Counted from the first letter of the stretch, positions 1 through 10,496 are shown. The stretch is 64,000 nucleotides of DNA from an uncultured Gammaproteobacteria bacterium (GCA_963848305.1 CAWKDC010000001.1:1088001-1152000); one strand, 5' to 3'. Program-made: numbers and translations. The notes: generated by a model from the letters alone, not told the origin.

Positions 1-320
1 ATCGTATGCTGACCGACCTTACGTGTTTGCTTGGTGCGGGCATGGGTTGAATAATCATACACAGGGAGCTCAACCCCCTGACCTGCTTTGAGGGATTTTA
101 AATGCTCAGCCAATAATGCATGATCCATGGATTCAGGGTGGTCGTAATTACGCTGTTCGCGTTGTTCGAGGGGCATGTCGCCTAAATCTTTGTAATAAGC
201 ATCCTCAGAAATAACCGCCACTTGGCTGGAACCCATTTCATTGACGATGGTCGACGCCAATAAGCTTTTGCCAGACCCTGAGGCGCCTGCAATCCCGATA
301 ATCACGCATTGATTCTGCAT
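1..320 (-). CDS. udk: Uridine kinase, truncated by window edge
   Basis: Manual translation from ATG at 320: MQNQCVIIGIAGASGSGKS...EDAYY...NYDHPES (P-loop plus udk motifs). Confidence 0.9.
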   Translation of the reverse strand, partial: MQNQCVIIGIAGASGSGKSLLASTIVNEMGSSQVAVISEDAYYKDLGDMPLEQREQRNYDHPESMDHALLAEHLKSLKAGQGVELPVYDYSTHARTKQTRKVGQHT

Positions 321-643
321 GGTGGATGCTCCCGTTGAAAATGGTTCATTATATTCCAAGACCAGCTAGAAGTCTAGAAATGGAAAACCATGGTGATTCG
401 GGCGGGTTTTCTGCATTCAATTTTGCCCTCTTGGCCGCCAACCTAGTCTTTGATTGTAGACGAAATGCTATTTCTTTCTCCGCTACTATCTTTGAACAGC
501 GACAGAACCAAGCCAATGGCACCGCTTCTTCTGCGCGCCAAGAACGGCCACACCTGTACTGCCCACCAGGCCAACGCCCAGGGCTTTTAAATAAAAGCTA
601 TTCATTCTTATCCCTCTTTTCGATGTTTTATTGAGGATTATTA

Positions 644-1504
644 TTAGACGCCGGCCAATTCCCCTTTGAGCTTCAGGAAGGCCGCTTCTTCCAATTGCCG
701 CACCCGTTCTAATGAAATGCCGAAACGCTCGGCTAACGCTTTCAGGGTGACCTTCTTTTCCTTCAACCAGCGTTCACGCACAATGATCTGCTCGCGCTCA
801 TTGAGTGAGCGCATGGCCAAATACAAACTGTCCGTTCCCGCTTGCGTTGAGGAACTGATATCAAATTGATAAGCCGGATCGGCTTCTTTGTCTTCTAATT
901 CAGGGACGGGCAAAGCCATCATTTCGCCGCTTTCAGATTCCCATTCCAGACCCATGTCGTGACCCGTCAAACGTGATTCCATTTCCCGTACATCATTCGG
1001 GCTCACGCCCAATTCTTGGGCGACACCCGCGATGTCTTCTTCATTCATCCAACCCAAATGCTTCTTCATGCTGCGCAAATTGAAAAACAACTTGCGTTGC
1101 GCTTTTGTGGTGGCGACTCGAACGATGCGCCAGTTGCGCAGGATGAATTCATGGATTTCAGATTTGATCCAGTGCACTGCAAATGCAGCGAGGCGCACGC
1201 CTTGCGTGGGATCGAAGCGTTTAACCGCTTTCATCAAGCCGACGGTGCCTTCTTGAATCAAGTCTGCCACGGGCAACCCATAACCCAAGTAACCACGGGC
1301 CACGCGACCGACGAAGCGTAGATGAGAAAGGACGAGCTGACGAGCTGCATCAACATCTTGTTCTTTTTGAAATTTTTCGGCGAGAGCCACTTCTTCTTCT
1401 TGAGTCAGCATGGGAATGCTGTTGGCATGGGCTAGATAGGCTTCAAGACTTGCGCCAGGCAGCGTGACCTGAATGGGCTGCAAGTAATTGATTTTGTTTT
1501 GCAT
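644..1504 (-). CDS. rpoH: RNA polymerase sigma-32 factor
   Basis: RpoH box QRKLFFNLR, region 2 DLIQEG, region 4 SLERVRQLE. Confidence 0.97.
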   Translation of the reverse strand: MQNKINYLQPIQVTLPGASLEAYLAHANSIPMLTQEEEVALAEKFQKEQDVDAARQLVLSHLRFVGRVARGYLGYGLPVADLIQEGTVGLMKAVKRFDPTQGVRLAAFAVHWIKSEIHEFILRNWRIVRVATTKAQRKLFFNLRSMKKHLGWMNEEDIAGVAQELGVSPNDVREMESRLTGHDMGLEWESESGEMMALPVPELEDKEADPAYQFDISSSTQAGTDSLYLAMRSLNEREQIIVRERWLKEKKVTLKALAERFGISLERVRQLEEAAFLKLKGELAGV

Positions 1505-1535
1505 TTTTTCGTACCTCCTTTACAACCCTTTTAGT

Positions 1536-1562
1536 TTAACACTGTTTTAATTGGAGTGCTAG
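1536..1562. promoter_or_regulatory. CIRCE-like HrcA operator
   Basis: TTAACACTG-N9-GAGTGCTAG versus consensus TTAGCACTC-N9-GAGTGCTAA, just upstream of rpoH. Confidence 0.7.
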
Positions 1563-1571
1563 TCTTAATAA

Positions 1572-2219
1572 ATGGAAAAATATACTGACCGATACCAAGC
1601 AGGCCAACTCTTGGCCAAGCACTTACAAGCCTATGCCCATCAGGCAGATGCTATTGTTCTGGCATTGCCCCGCGGCGGCGTGCCTGTGGGATATGAGATT
1701 GCCCAAGCATTGGGCATCCCACTCGATATTCTGATCGTACGCAAGCTGGGTGTGCCCGGCCATGAAGAATTGGCCATGGGCGCCATTGCTTCAGGCGGCG
1801 CCATTGTCTATAACCAGGACATTATTCGCAGCATTGGGATCTCCGAACAAGCGATTCAACGCGTGATTCAATCTGAACAAGCAGAATTATCCCGTCGAGA
1901 AATAGCTTATCGACAGAATCAGCCATTCCCATCCATGACAGGCAAAAACATTATACTGGTGGATGATGGCATTGCAACCGGTTCAACTATGCTGGCGGCG
2001 ATCAAAGCATTGCGGCAACAAACACCTGCACGCATTGTGATCGCCGTGCCTGTTGCTGCGCGAGACACAGCGCAAGAGATGAAAGCATACGCAGATGATG
2101 TGATTTGTCCGCTGAAACCTGTTGATCTGCATGCTGTCGGATTATGGTATGAAGATTTTTCACAAACGACGGATGAAGAAGTATCACGATTATTAAACGA
2201 AGCCCGCAGACAAGGATAA
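1572..2219 (+). CDS. Phosphoribosyltransferase family protein
   Basis: LALPRGGVP and PRPP-binding ILVDDGIATGSTM motifs. Confidence 0.9.
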   Translation: MEKYTDRYQAGQLLAKHLQAYAHQADAIVLALPRGGVPVGYEIAQALGIPLDILIVRKLGVPGHEELAMGAIASGGAIVYNQDIIRSIGISEQAIQRVIQSEQAELSRREIAYRQNQPFPSMTGKNIILVDDGIATGSTMLAAIKALRQQTPARIVIAVPVAARDTAQEMKAYADDVICPLKPVDLHAVGLWYEDFSQTTDEEVSRLLNEARRQG

Positions 2220-2223
2220 TGCC

Positions 2224-2868
2224 ATGCATCAACATCAAGGCGTGATCATCCCCAGCCGCGCTGTGTTTTTAAATGGTTTATTGAATGTCCCTAAAAAACC
2301 ACGTGGCATTGTTTTATTTGTGCACGGCAGTGGCAGCAGTCGATTCAGCACACGCAATCAACATGTTGCAGGTGTTTTAAATGAAGCCGGTTTTGCGACA
2401 TTGTTGTTTGATCTATTAACACCGGAAGAAGATACCATCGATGAACAGACGCGCGAGTTCCGTTTTAATATTCCCCTTCTTGCAGAGCGTTTGATTGATG
2501 TCACGCATTGGTGTGACAATGAATTCGCATCACAGCCATTACCGATAGGTTATTTTGGCGCGAGCACGGGCGGCGGCGCAGCATTGATTGCTGCAGCACA
2601 ATTACCGCAAACCGTGAAAGCGGTCGTGTCACGCGGCGGAAGACCCGATTTGGCGGGAGATTATTTACCCTCTGTCAAAGCCCCCACATTATTGATCGTA
2701 GGCGGCAATGATGTAGAGGTGATCGCATTGAACCAAGCAGCAATGCAACGTTTAACCTGTGTGCATCAACTCGCGATCGTGCCTGGTGCGACACATTTGT
2801 TTGAAGAGCCCGGGACACTGGATGAAGTGGCACGATTGGCGACGCAATGGTTTAAGCAACAGTTATAG
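2224..2868 (+). CDS. Dienelactone hydrolase-like alpha/beta hydrolase
   Basis: HGSGSSR, GASTG nucleophile elbow, GATHLFEE. Confidence 0.88.
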   Translation: MHQHQGVIIPSRAVFLNGLLNVPKKPRGIVLFVHGSGSSRFSTRNQHVAGVLNEAGFATLLFDLLTPEEDTIDEQTREFRFNIPLLAERLIDVTHWCDNEFASQPLPIGYFGASTGGGAALIAAAQLPQTVKAVVSRGGRPDLAGDYLPSVKAPTLLIVGGNDVEVIALNQAAMQRLTCVHQLAIVPGATHLFEEPGTLDEVARLATQWFKQQL

Positions 2869-2885
2869 ACAAATAACCAGCGCTG

Positions 2886-2939
2886 GGCTACAATGTCCTT
2901 ATTATTAGCATAATCGTAATATAGAGGACATTATGAGCC
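2886..2939. promoter_or_regulatory. Inverted repeat, probable AbiEi autoregulatory operator
   Basis: AATGTCCTTATTATTA (2892-2907) versus reverse complement of 2917-2932, 13/16 match, overlapping the abiEi RBS. Confidence 0.6.
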
Positions 2940-3739
2940 TGCCCAGATATCTTAAACAGCTAAGACAACAAGGAAATCGTTCATTTACTTTGGCCCAAAT
3001 GCTCGAAGACCTTCAGATCTCAAAGAATGCAGGATTGGTTGCAATACACCGTCTCACTCTTCAGGGGGAACTGATTAGTCCAGCAAAGGGCTTTTACGTT
3101 ATTGTCCCACCTGAACATCAATCTCAAGGTTGCATTCCCGCTGAAGAACTTGTTCCCCTGCTTATGCACCACCTAAAGGCAGAGTACTATGTTGCACTAC
3201 TGTCGGCAGCCCAATATCATGGAGCAGCTCACCAAAAACCTGGACGATTCCAAATCATCTCCAATATGAGAACTAAACACCCCCTTCGATTTGGGAATGT
3301 TCAACTTGAATTGATTCACAAAAAAAATCTTAATGAATTGCCTATTCAAAACATCGCTGTAAAAACTGGGTATCTGAAAGTTGCCAGCCCTGAACTCACT
3401 GCAATGGATCTTTTAAATTATTCGCTAAGAAGTGGTGGATTAAATCATATTGCTACGGTATTATCAGAGCTTATCGAGGTAATGGATCCAGAAAAATTAA
3501 TAAAGCTCGCTGAGGCATCAGGAGAGAAAGCATGGTTGCAAAGGCTTGGCTATATTCTTGAACAAATTGATACCATGGATCCAGAAAAAAATGTGATCCT
3601 AACGAATGCGATAAAATATTACTTAAAGGACAGACTTCATGACTATATCAGGCTAGCATCAGACATGCCAAAAGCGGGATATGAGAGGAATAAAAAATGG
3701 ATGATAATTGTTAATACGAGTATAGAGAGTGATTTATGA
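2933..3739 (+). CDS. Type IV TA antitoxin, AbiEi family
   Basis: N-terminal wHTH-like region, YYVALLSAAQYHGAAHQ, ASPELTAMDL; ATGA overlap with the toxin gene. Confidence 0.88.
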   Translation: MSLPRYLKQLRQQGNRSFTLAQMLEDLQISKNAGLVAIHRLTLQGELISPAKGFYVIVPPEHQSQGCIPAEELVPLLMHHLKAEYYVALLSAAQYHGAAHQKPGRFQIISNMRTKHPLRFGNVQLELIHKKNLNELPIQNIAVKTGYLKVASPELTAMDLLNYSLRSGGLNHIATVLSELIEVMDPEKLIKLAEASGEKAWLQRLGYILEQIDTMDPEKNVILTNAIKYYLKDRLHDYIRLASDMPKAGYERNKKWMIIVNTSIESDL

Positions 3740-4518
3740 TCCCAGAAATTTATGTTGAACAGTGGCGCAAACATTCAAAATGGCAAACACTGGGGATGCT
3801 CGAACAAGACATGATTATCAGTCGAGCACTGATTTGCCTTTACAATAATTCAACAGTGAAAAGCGATTTGCTGTTTCGCGGCGGTACTGCCCTCAATAAA
3901 ATTTATATCCAACCGGCTTCACGCTACAGTGAAGACATTGATTTTGTACAGAAGCATGCCAAACCAATAGGTGAGACCCTAGACCAGATCAGAGACTCAC
4001 TTATCGATTGGCTAGGTGAGCCAAAACGAAAAATCACTCAACGTAGCGCAAAACTTGTCTACAAATATCAAAATATTGAAGGCCTTATTTCTAGATTGAA
4101 AATTGAAATAAATACAACGGAACACATCCAGATCTTGCCTATTGCAGAAATACCATTTTCAATAACATCTGAGTGGTACTCCGGGGAATGCTTGATCTCC
4201 AGTTATGCAATTGAGGAGCTTATGGCAACAAAGCTTAGAGCACTGTACCAAAGAAGAAAAGGCCGTGATTTATTTGATTTGTGGCTGATATTCAGTAAAG
4301 AACATGCAAACATTGACAATGTCATGCCAATATTTCATGAATATTGTCGCCATGAAGGTATTCACATGAGCAAGGCGTTATTTCAAAACAACCTGAGCTT
4401 AAAGCGTCTTAACGCAGACTTTCGGGTTGACATGAACACACTACTCCCCTCGAATGCTAGCTGGGATTTTGAGAAGGCATTCGATTTTGTGCAAGAAAAA
4501 ATAATCAATAAGATTTAA
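3736..4518 (+). CDS. Type IV TA toxin, AbiEii/AbiGii nucleotidyltransferase
   Basis: FRGGTAL, RYSEDIDF, KLRALYQRRKGRDLFD motifs. Confidence 0.92.
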   Translation: MIPEIYVEQWRKHSKWQTLGMLEQDMIISRALICLYNNSTVKSDLLFRGGTALNKIYIQPASRYSEDIDFVQKHAKPIGETLDQIRDSLIDWLGEPKRKITQRSAKLVYKYQNIEGLISRLKIEINTTEHIQILPIAEIPFSITSEWYSGECLISSYAIEELMATKLRALYQRRKGRDLFDLWLIFSKEHANIDNVMPIFHEYCRHEGIHMSKALFQNNLSLKRLNADFRVDMNTLLPSNASWDFEKAFDFVQEKIINKI

Positions 4519-4547
4519 TGCGTTTTTTGGTCACATACCACTCCCGA

Positions 4548-5507
4548 TTACCTCGGCCGAATTGTGTATAAATAATGCGTTGAAGCAATCCATGCACCGA
4601 TCACGCCTAAAGCAGCGCATAACGCAATGATGCCGATTTGCGCACCCAGGGATAACCATTGTGCTTCCCACTGGCTGCCATAACTTTCTAAAACACGATC
4701 AAGTGCAGGGCTGACCATGGAAAAACTGATGCTGACCAAAATTAAACCTAACACGCTGCCAATGGTGCCTAACCAAAAACCGGCGTATAAAAACGGGCGA
4801 CGCACAAATGCGTCTGTTGCGCCGACCCATTTCGCAATCATGATGTCAGCGGTGTTCGCCATCACGGCGGAGTGAACACTGTGACCCGTCACCAATAATA
4901 AACCCGCGCTCAACAATACCGCAATCACCAATGTGATTTTCTCAATCAGTGACAATAACGCTTGTAGCCGCATCACCCAGGCCGTATCCATTTGAAATTG
5001 ATCCACACGGGGATCTGCCTTCAAAGCTCCCTCCAATCGATCAACCACGACTGAATCAAATGTTTTCGGCGTGATCAACAGTACAACAGGCAATGGATTT
5101 TCGCCCAACGATGTGACCAGATCCTTCATGCCCGAAAAGGTATTAAATTCATTCAGTGCTTCTTCAGGTGAAATCGTTTTCACAGCCAACACATCCGGGT
5201 CCTGTTGGAAGCGAATCGCTATGTCTTGCGCTTGTGTGACCGTCACCCCTTTTTGCATGAATGCGGTGATTTCTCCGCCCTTTGCCCAAGGATCCACCCA
5301 TTGCGACACATTCAGAGTAGCCCAATATAATGCCACGGGCAGACTCATGATCACCGCAAAAATACTGATCGTGAGCAATGATGTGAAGGGATTCGCGCAC
5401 AATGCTTTAAGCGTGGAGGCGGCACTTTCAACATGCGAATCGCGCCAGCGAAAAAGGCGGCTCTGCAAAGAAGGTACATGGCGTGAATGGCGTGCAGAAT
5501 GTTTCAT
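4548..5507 (-). CDS. ftsX: Cell division ABC permease FtsX
   Basis: ENPLP, VGAT..FVRRPFLY motifs, transmembrane segments, follows ftsE. Confidence 0.93.
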   Translation of the reverse strand: MKHSARHSRHVPSLQSRLFRWRDSHVESAASTLKALCANPFTSLLTISIFAVIMSLPVALYWATLNVSQWVDPWAKGGEITAFMQKGVTVTQAQDIAIRFQQDPDVLAVKTISPEEALNEFNTFSGMKDLVTSLGENPLPVVLLITPKTFDSVVVDRLEGALKADPRVDQFQMDTAWVMRLQALLSLIEKITLVIAVLLSAGLLLVTGHSVHSAVMANTADIMIAKWVGATDAFVRRPFLYAGFWLGTIGSVLGLILVSISFSMVSPALDRVLESYGSQWEAQWLSLGAQIGIIALCAALGVIGAWIASTHYLYTIRPR

Positions 5508-6175
5508 TAAGCATACTCCATGGCATCAATTAATTCACCTGAATGCAAGCGTAAAATGCGGTGCGGATGACAATCAATCAGGGTGCTATTATGCGTTGCA
5601 ATCAATACTGTCACCCCCACATCGTGAAAGCGCTCGAATAAACGCATGATTTCCAGACCCAATTCAAAATCCAAATTTCCTGTTGGTTCATCCGCAAACA
5701 AAACCGTGGGACGATTCACGACTGCGCGCGCAATACCCACACGTTGTTGTTCACCGCCAGACAACACAGATGGCATTTCAAATGCTTTATCTAATAATTT
5801 GACCGTGTCGAGTGCCGCATGCACTCGCTTCACAATTTCTTTTCGCCCAAACCCACACACCTTCAAAGGCAGCGCAACATTGTCAAATACATTTTTATCC
5901 GGCAATAGCAAATGATTTTGAAACACGATGCCGATAGATTGACGAAACGCAGCAACCCCACTGTTCGACAGGTTTGATAAATTCGTAGAGCCTACGATCA
6001 TTTTCCCGCTGGTTGGACGCTCAATCGCCGTCAATAATTTTAAGAGCGTGCTTTTGCCAGCGCCGGAATGACCCGTTAAAAAAGCCATTTCACCCCGCTC
6101 CATTTCAAACGTCACATTTTTTAAAGCGGTGATGCCTTTTGTATATTTTTTGGTGACTTGTTGACAAACAATCAT
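5507..6175 (-). CDS. ftsE: Cell division ATP-binding protein FtsE
   Basis: GHSGAGKST, LSGGEQQRVGIARA, ADEPTGNLD; ftsYEX synteny. Confidence 0.95.
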   Translation of the reverse strand: MIVCQQVTKKYTKGITALKNVTFEMERGEMAFLTGHSGAGKSTLLKLLTAIERPTSGKMIVGSTNLSNLSNSGVAAFRQSIGIVFQNHLLLPDKNVFDNVALPLKVCGFGRKEIVKRVHAALDTVKLLDKAFEMPSVLSGGEQQRVGIARAVVNRPTVLFADEPTGNLDFELGLEIMRLFERFHDVGVTVLIATHNSTLIDCHPHRILRLHSGELIDAMEYA

Positions 6176-6180
6176 GGATA

Positions 6181-7137
6181 TTATTCCCCTGCTGAAAAAA
6201 GTGCGTCCACAAAAACAGACCCATCAAAGGGCTCGAGGTCATCCGCTTTTTCGCCCATGCCCACAAAGCGGACTGGCAAATGGTGCGCCTGGGATAAGGC
6301 AAATACAATCCCTCCTTTTGCCGTACCATCCAATTTTGTGAGCACTAACCCATTCACGCCGACAGCCTCTTTAAAGAGTTTAGCTTGTGAGAGTGCATTT
6401 TGCCCAATCGTCGCATCCAACACCAATAAAACATCATGTGGGGCTGTGGGATCATTTTTCTTGATCACCCGCACAATTTTCTTCAATTCTTCCATGAGAT
6501 GGGATTGAGTGTGCAAACGCCCAGCTGTGTCTGCAATCACCACATCAATGCCTCGTGCTTTAGCCGCTTGCATGGCATCAAAAATCACCGCTGCACTGTC
6601 GGCACCTGATTGTTGAGCGATGACAGGCACTTGATTGCGTTCGCCCCATACTTGCAATTGTTCGACCGCAGCGGCACGGAATGTGTCCCCCGCTGCCAAC
6701 AACACGCTTTTACCTTCGGCCTGAAACCGCTTCGCCAATTTCCCAATCGTGGTTGTTTTGCCCGCACCATTGATGCCGACCATCAAAATCAAATGGGGTT
6801 TTTCAGCAAAATCAGGCCAAGGTGTTTCAGGCACCACCAGCATATTCAAGAGTTGTTCGCGTAACGCTGAAAAAACAGCCTCGCTGTCGTTGAGGGCATG
6901 TCGCTCCAAACGATCCGTTAATGCTTTAATCACGATACCTGTTGCTTCAACGCCGACATCCGCTAAAATCAGCTGTGTTTCGATGGCTTCCAGCAATTCT
7001 GCATCGATCTTTTTATGACCCAATATAATATTGGCCAAGCCATTGCTGAGTTTTTCACGGGTTTTGGTCAAGCCTTCTTTGAAACGCTGAAATAAACTCG
7101 GCTTTTCCGTTTTTTTAAAACCAAACATCTTAATCAC
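6181..7137 (-). CDS. ftsY: SRP receptor FtsY
   Basis: GINGAGKTTT, DTFRAAA, DTAGR, TKLDGTAKGG. Confidence 0.97.
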   Translation of the reverse strand: MIKMFGFKKTEKPSLFQRFKEGLTKTREKLSNGLANIILGHKKIDAELLEAIETQLILADVGVEATGIVIKALTDRLERHALNDSEAVFSALREQLLNMLVVPETPWPDFAEKPHLILMVGINGAGKTTTIGKLAKRFQAEGKSVLLAAGDTFRAAAVEQLQVWGERNQVPVIAQQSGADSAAVIFDAMQAAKARGIDVVIADTAGRLHTQSHLMEELKKIVRVIKKNDPTAPHDVLLVLDATIGQNALSQAKLFKEAVGVNGLVLTKLDGTAKGGIVFALSQAHHLPVRFVGMGEKADDLEPFDGSVFVDALFSAGE

Positions 7138-7197
7138 TCCAACTGTTTACTTATCGATAAAAATTCACTATCCTTCATGGGATGACAGGAGAACACC

Positions 7198-8535
7198 ATG
7201 CGTCACATCCTCACCACCTTCACACTGCTCTGCGGTACCGCTTTTGCACAATCCATGCCCACCCATGAATTCACCCTATCGAATGGGCTCAAAGTCCTGG
7301 TGCGCGAAGATCACCGTGCCCCTGTCGCCACAGTTCAATTGTGGTACAAGGTCGGCTCCAGTTACGAGCACAATGGTAACACGGGCTTATCCCACTTGCT
7401 TGAACACATGATGTTCAAAGGCACCAAAGCCTACCCCGAGGGCAAGTTCGCAGACCTCATCACTGAGCGCGGCGGCGTGCTGAATGCATTCACGTATTAC
7501 GATTTTACAGGGTACTACGAATCATTGCCAGTCAATCAGATTAATATTGCCTTCCAACTCGAAGCTGATCGCATGCGCAACATCGACTTTACACATGAGG
7601 CCTTTGCGAAAGAACTTCAAGTGGTGATCGAAGAACGCCGTATGCGCACCGAAGACAATCCGCAAAGTTTGGCCTACGAACGCTTCCAAGCTGTCACTTT
7701 CTTAACCAGCCCTTATCATAACCCGGTGATTGGCTGGATGGCGGATTTGAACCATTTATCTTTTGACAGCGCGCTAGACTGGTATAACCGCTGGTACTAT
7801 CCCAATAACGCCACGCTGATCATTGTCGGGGATGTTGAACCGAAAGCCATGCAATCGCTGGCCGAACAATATTTCGGGAAAATTCCCAATCACGCCATTA
7901 CACCGGTGTTCAGCACACCTGAGCTGCCCGCCATGGGTGAAAAGCGCATGAACCTCAACGTGAACGCAGCATTGCCCGAATTGTTCCTGTCGATTGTTGT
8001 GCCCAGTTATACGGATCCCATCGCCAAAGAAGATGCCGTCGTCCTCGCACTTATCTCACAAATTTTGGATGGTGGATTGAGTGCCCGTTTCGAATCCTCC
8101 CTGGTTCGCAACCAAAACCTGGCGTCGCAGATCAACGCCTCCTACTCGCCTTACATGCGCCTTTCAACCACTTTTGAGGTGAATGCCGTGCCACAAAACG
8201 GCGTCACACTGGATGCGTTAGAACAAGCCATATGGCAAGAAATGACAGCTTTGATCACCACGCCTGTGAGCAGTGCAGATTTGTTGCGGGCGAAAATGCA
8301 ATTCAAAGCCAGTGATGTGTTTGGAAAAGACAGCATCAGCGATCAAGCGATGGAAATCGGTGTCTTAGAAAGCATTGGATTATCTTATCAAGATAAAGAT
8401 GCCTTTTTAACAGCGATCAACCGTGTCGAAGCGGCCGATATTCAAGCCGTAGCACAACGTTATTTCACGCGCGATAAACTCACTGTCGGACGCATTATCC
8501 CTACGCAACACACTCCACTGGAGCAAACACCATGA
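7198..8535 (+). CDS. M16 family zinc peptidase, catalytic subunit
   Basis: Signal peptide and inverted zinc motif HLLEH. Confidence 0.92.
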   Translation: MRHILTTFTLLCGTAFAQSMPTHEFTLSNGLKVLVREDHRAPVATVQLWYKVGSSYEHNGNTGLSHLLEHMMFKGTKAYPEGKFADLITERGGVLNAFTYYDFTGYYESLPVNQINIAFQLEADRMRNIDFTHEAFAKELQVVIEERRMRTEDNPQSLAYERFQAVTFLTSPYHNPVIGWMADLNHLSFDSALDWYNRWYYPNNATLIIVGDVEPKAMQSLAEQYFGKIPNHAITPVFSTPELPAMGEKRMNLNVNAALPELFLSIVVPSYTDPIAKEDAVVLALISQILDGGLSARFESSLVRNQNLASQINASYSPYMRLSTTFEVNAVPQNGVTLDALEQAIWQEMTALITTPVSSADLLRAKMQFKASDVFGKDSISDQAMEIGVLESIGLSYQDKDAFLTAINRVEAADIQAVAQRYFTRDKLTVGRIIPTQHTPLEQTP

Positions 8536-9911
8536 CGAACCGCTCAAAAAAATGGATGCAATGGGGCATTTTAAGTGCCGTCATTATTGGGGCATTCGCT
8601 TATCTATTCTTGATTCGCGGCTGGGAAATCTCCGCGCTGATGAAACAAGCTTCACTACGGACGGAAAATGGCATGATCCCTATTTACACAGCCAAAGAAA
8701 ACAACGGCGCCACCATCGCGATTGTTCCCATGAAAGAATTACCCATGATCGATATTTTGCTGTGGTTTGATGCCGGCAGCGCACGTGATGATCAACAATG
8801 GGGCATTTCAAATTTAACCGCCCGCCTGATCGGGGAAGACACCACACAACTGAATTCACAAGCCATCCATGATGCATTTGAATCTGTGGGTGCACAATTT
8901 GATGCTTCAAGCTCGCGAGATGTGTTCAGCATTCATTTACGCACATTGTCTGACGATAAAGCACTCGATACGACCGTTAACATGTTAAAAACCGTGTTGA
9001 AAGAAACTACTTTCAAACCAGAAAGTGTGACCCGCGAAAAATCGCGCGTCCTGGCCGCCATTCAATCGAAAGCAGATTCTCCCGCGCAAACCATTTCGGA
9101 TGCTTTCTTCATGAAAATGTATGCCACACATCCCTATGCACATCCCGCGACAGGCACTGCCGAAACGGTATCTGCTATCAGCGAACAAGATTTGCAAACC
9201 TTTTATCAAAACAACATTGTGCAATCGCGTGCGACAGTTGTAGTGGCAGGGGATATCACCAAAGGCGCTGGCAAAAAAATGGCTGAATCATTACTTGCTG
9301 CGCTTCCCGTAGGTGCGCCCGCTCCAGCATTACCCGAGCCCATTTTGCAAGCAGCTTCAACAGATCATATCCACTTTCCTTCTACGCAAACCCATTTGAT
9401 GTTTGGTTTGCCCACACTCGCCAAAGGAAATCCTGATTTTTATGCGATGACATTGGGTAATCATATTTTAGGCGGTTCATCGCTGAACTCTCGTCTCTTC
9501 CATGATGTTCGTGAAAAAGAAGGACTGGCCTACAATGTCAGCAGCCAATTACAAACGCTGCGAGTTCCTGGGCCATTTTATGTTTATTTACAAACGCGCG
9601 CAGATGCCGCGAAAAAAGCATTAGATATTTCGCACGCAACCCTCACGCAATACATGACCACAGGTCCCACTGAAGCAGAAATCAAAGCGGCCAAAGAGAA
9701 TATCACAGGCACGTTTGTGTTATCACTCAGCAGCAATGCGGCGATTGCGGGTCATGTCGCCATGCTCGGTTTTTATGGATTGCCGTGGGATTATACGGAT
9801 CATTTCGCTGAACGCATCAACGCCGTGTCGCATCAAGACATTCTCACCGCATTTCAGAAGTATATTCAACCCGATCATTTCACAGAAGTTGTATTAGGCA
9901 ATGGCCCATAA
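8532..9911 (+). CDS. M16 family peptidase, non-catalytic partner
   Basis: SRLFHDVREKEGLAY motif, no HXXEH, N-terminal membrane anchor. Confidence 0.88.
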   Translation: MTNRSKKWMQWGILSAVIIGAFAYLFLIRGWEISALMKQASLRTENGMIPIYTAKENNGATIAIVPMKELPMIDILLWFDAGSARDDQQWGISNLTARLIGEDTTQLNSQAIHDAFESVGAQFDASSSRDVFSIHLRTLSDDKALDTTVNMLKTVLKETTFKPESVTREKSRVLAAIQSKADSPAQTISDAFFMKMYATHPYAHPATGTAETVSAISEQDLQTFYQNNIVQSRATVVVAGDITKGAGKKMAESLLAALPVGAPAPALPEPILQAASTDHIHFPSTQTHLMFGLPTLAKGNPDFYAMTLGNHILGGSSLNSRLFHDVREKEGLAYNVSSQLQTLRVPGPFYVYLQTRADAAKKALDISHATLTQYMTTGPTEAEIKAAKENITGTFVLSLSSNAAIAGHVAMLGFYGLPWDYTDHFAERINAVSHQDILTAFQKYIQPDHFTEVVLGNGP

Positions 9912-10455
9912 TCAAGTTCGCATCATTGGCGGCCAATGGCGCTCACGTCGCTTGAATTTCCCGCCTTTGCCGGGCTTGCGCCCGACGCCCGATCGCGTGC
10001 GTGAAACAGTCTTCAATTGGCTCTCTCCCGTGATCCACGGTGCACGTTGTTTAGATGTGTTTGCCGGCAGCGGCGCATTGGGGTTTGAAGCTTTATCACG
10101 CGGCGCGAAACACACCGTTTTTTTAGATGCATCACGTGAAGTCATTGACAGCATTGTCGCTAATGCAGGATTATTAAAAACGGATCAGTTTGAAACACAT
10201 TGTACCGATGCACTCACCTGGTTAAAGCGCGAACCGGATCAACCGTTTGATATTATATTTTTAGATCCGCCGTATGCATTATCTTTAATAGCGCCTTGTT
10301 TGGATTTGCTCGATAAAAATCATTTTTTAACACCTCAGACATTGATTTATGTGGAGGATGATAAACCCATTCCCGATGTCCCAGGATTTGAGAAACATCG
10401 GGAAGCGCGGGCGGGGCAAGTATACTACAGTCTATTGATAAACCGTCCTGCTTGA
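9901..10455 (+). CDS. rsmD: 16S rRNA m2G966 methyltransferase
   Basis: RIIGGQWRSR, LRPTPDRVRET, FAGSGALG, DPPY. Confidence 0.96.
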   Translation: MAHNQVRIIGGQWRSRRLNFPPLPGLRPTPDRVRETVFNWLSPVIHGARCLDVFAGSGALGFEALSRGAKHTVFLDASREVIDSIVANAGLLKTDQFETHCTDALTWLKREPDQPFDIIFLDPPYALSLIAPCLDLLDKNHFLTPQTLIYVEDDKPIPDVPGFEKHREARAGQVYYSLLINRPA

Positions 10456-10496
10456 AACGCTTCTTGCACCATTAGGTGTAGGGGCGGAGCAACCTA

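Noticed and set aside
326-634. 102-aa plus-strand ORF and the many short shadow ORFs overlapping core genes
   Set aside because: No RBS or motifs; antisense or out of frame to well-supported genes
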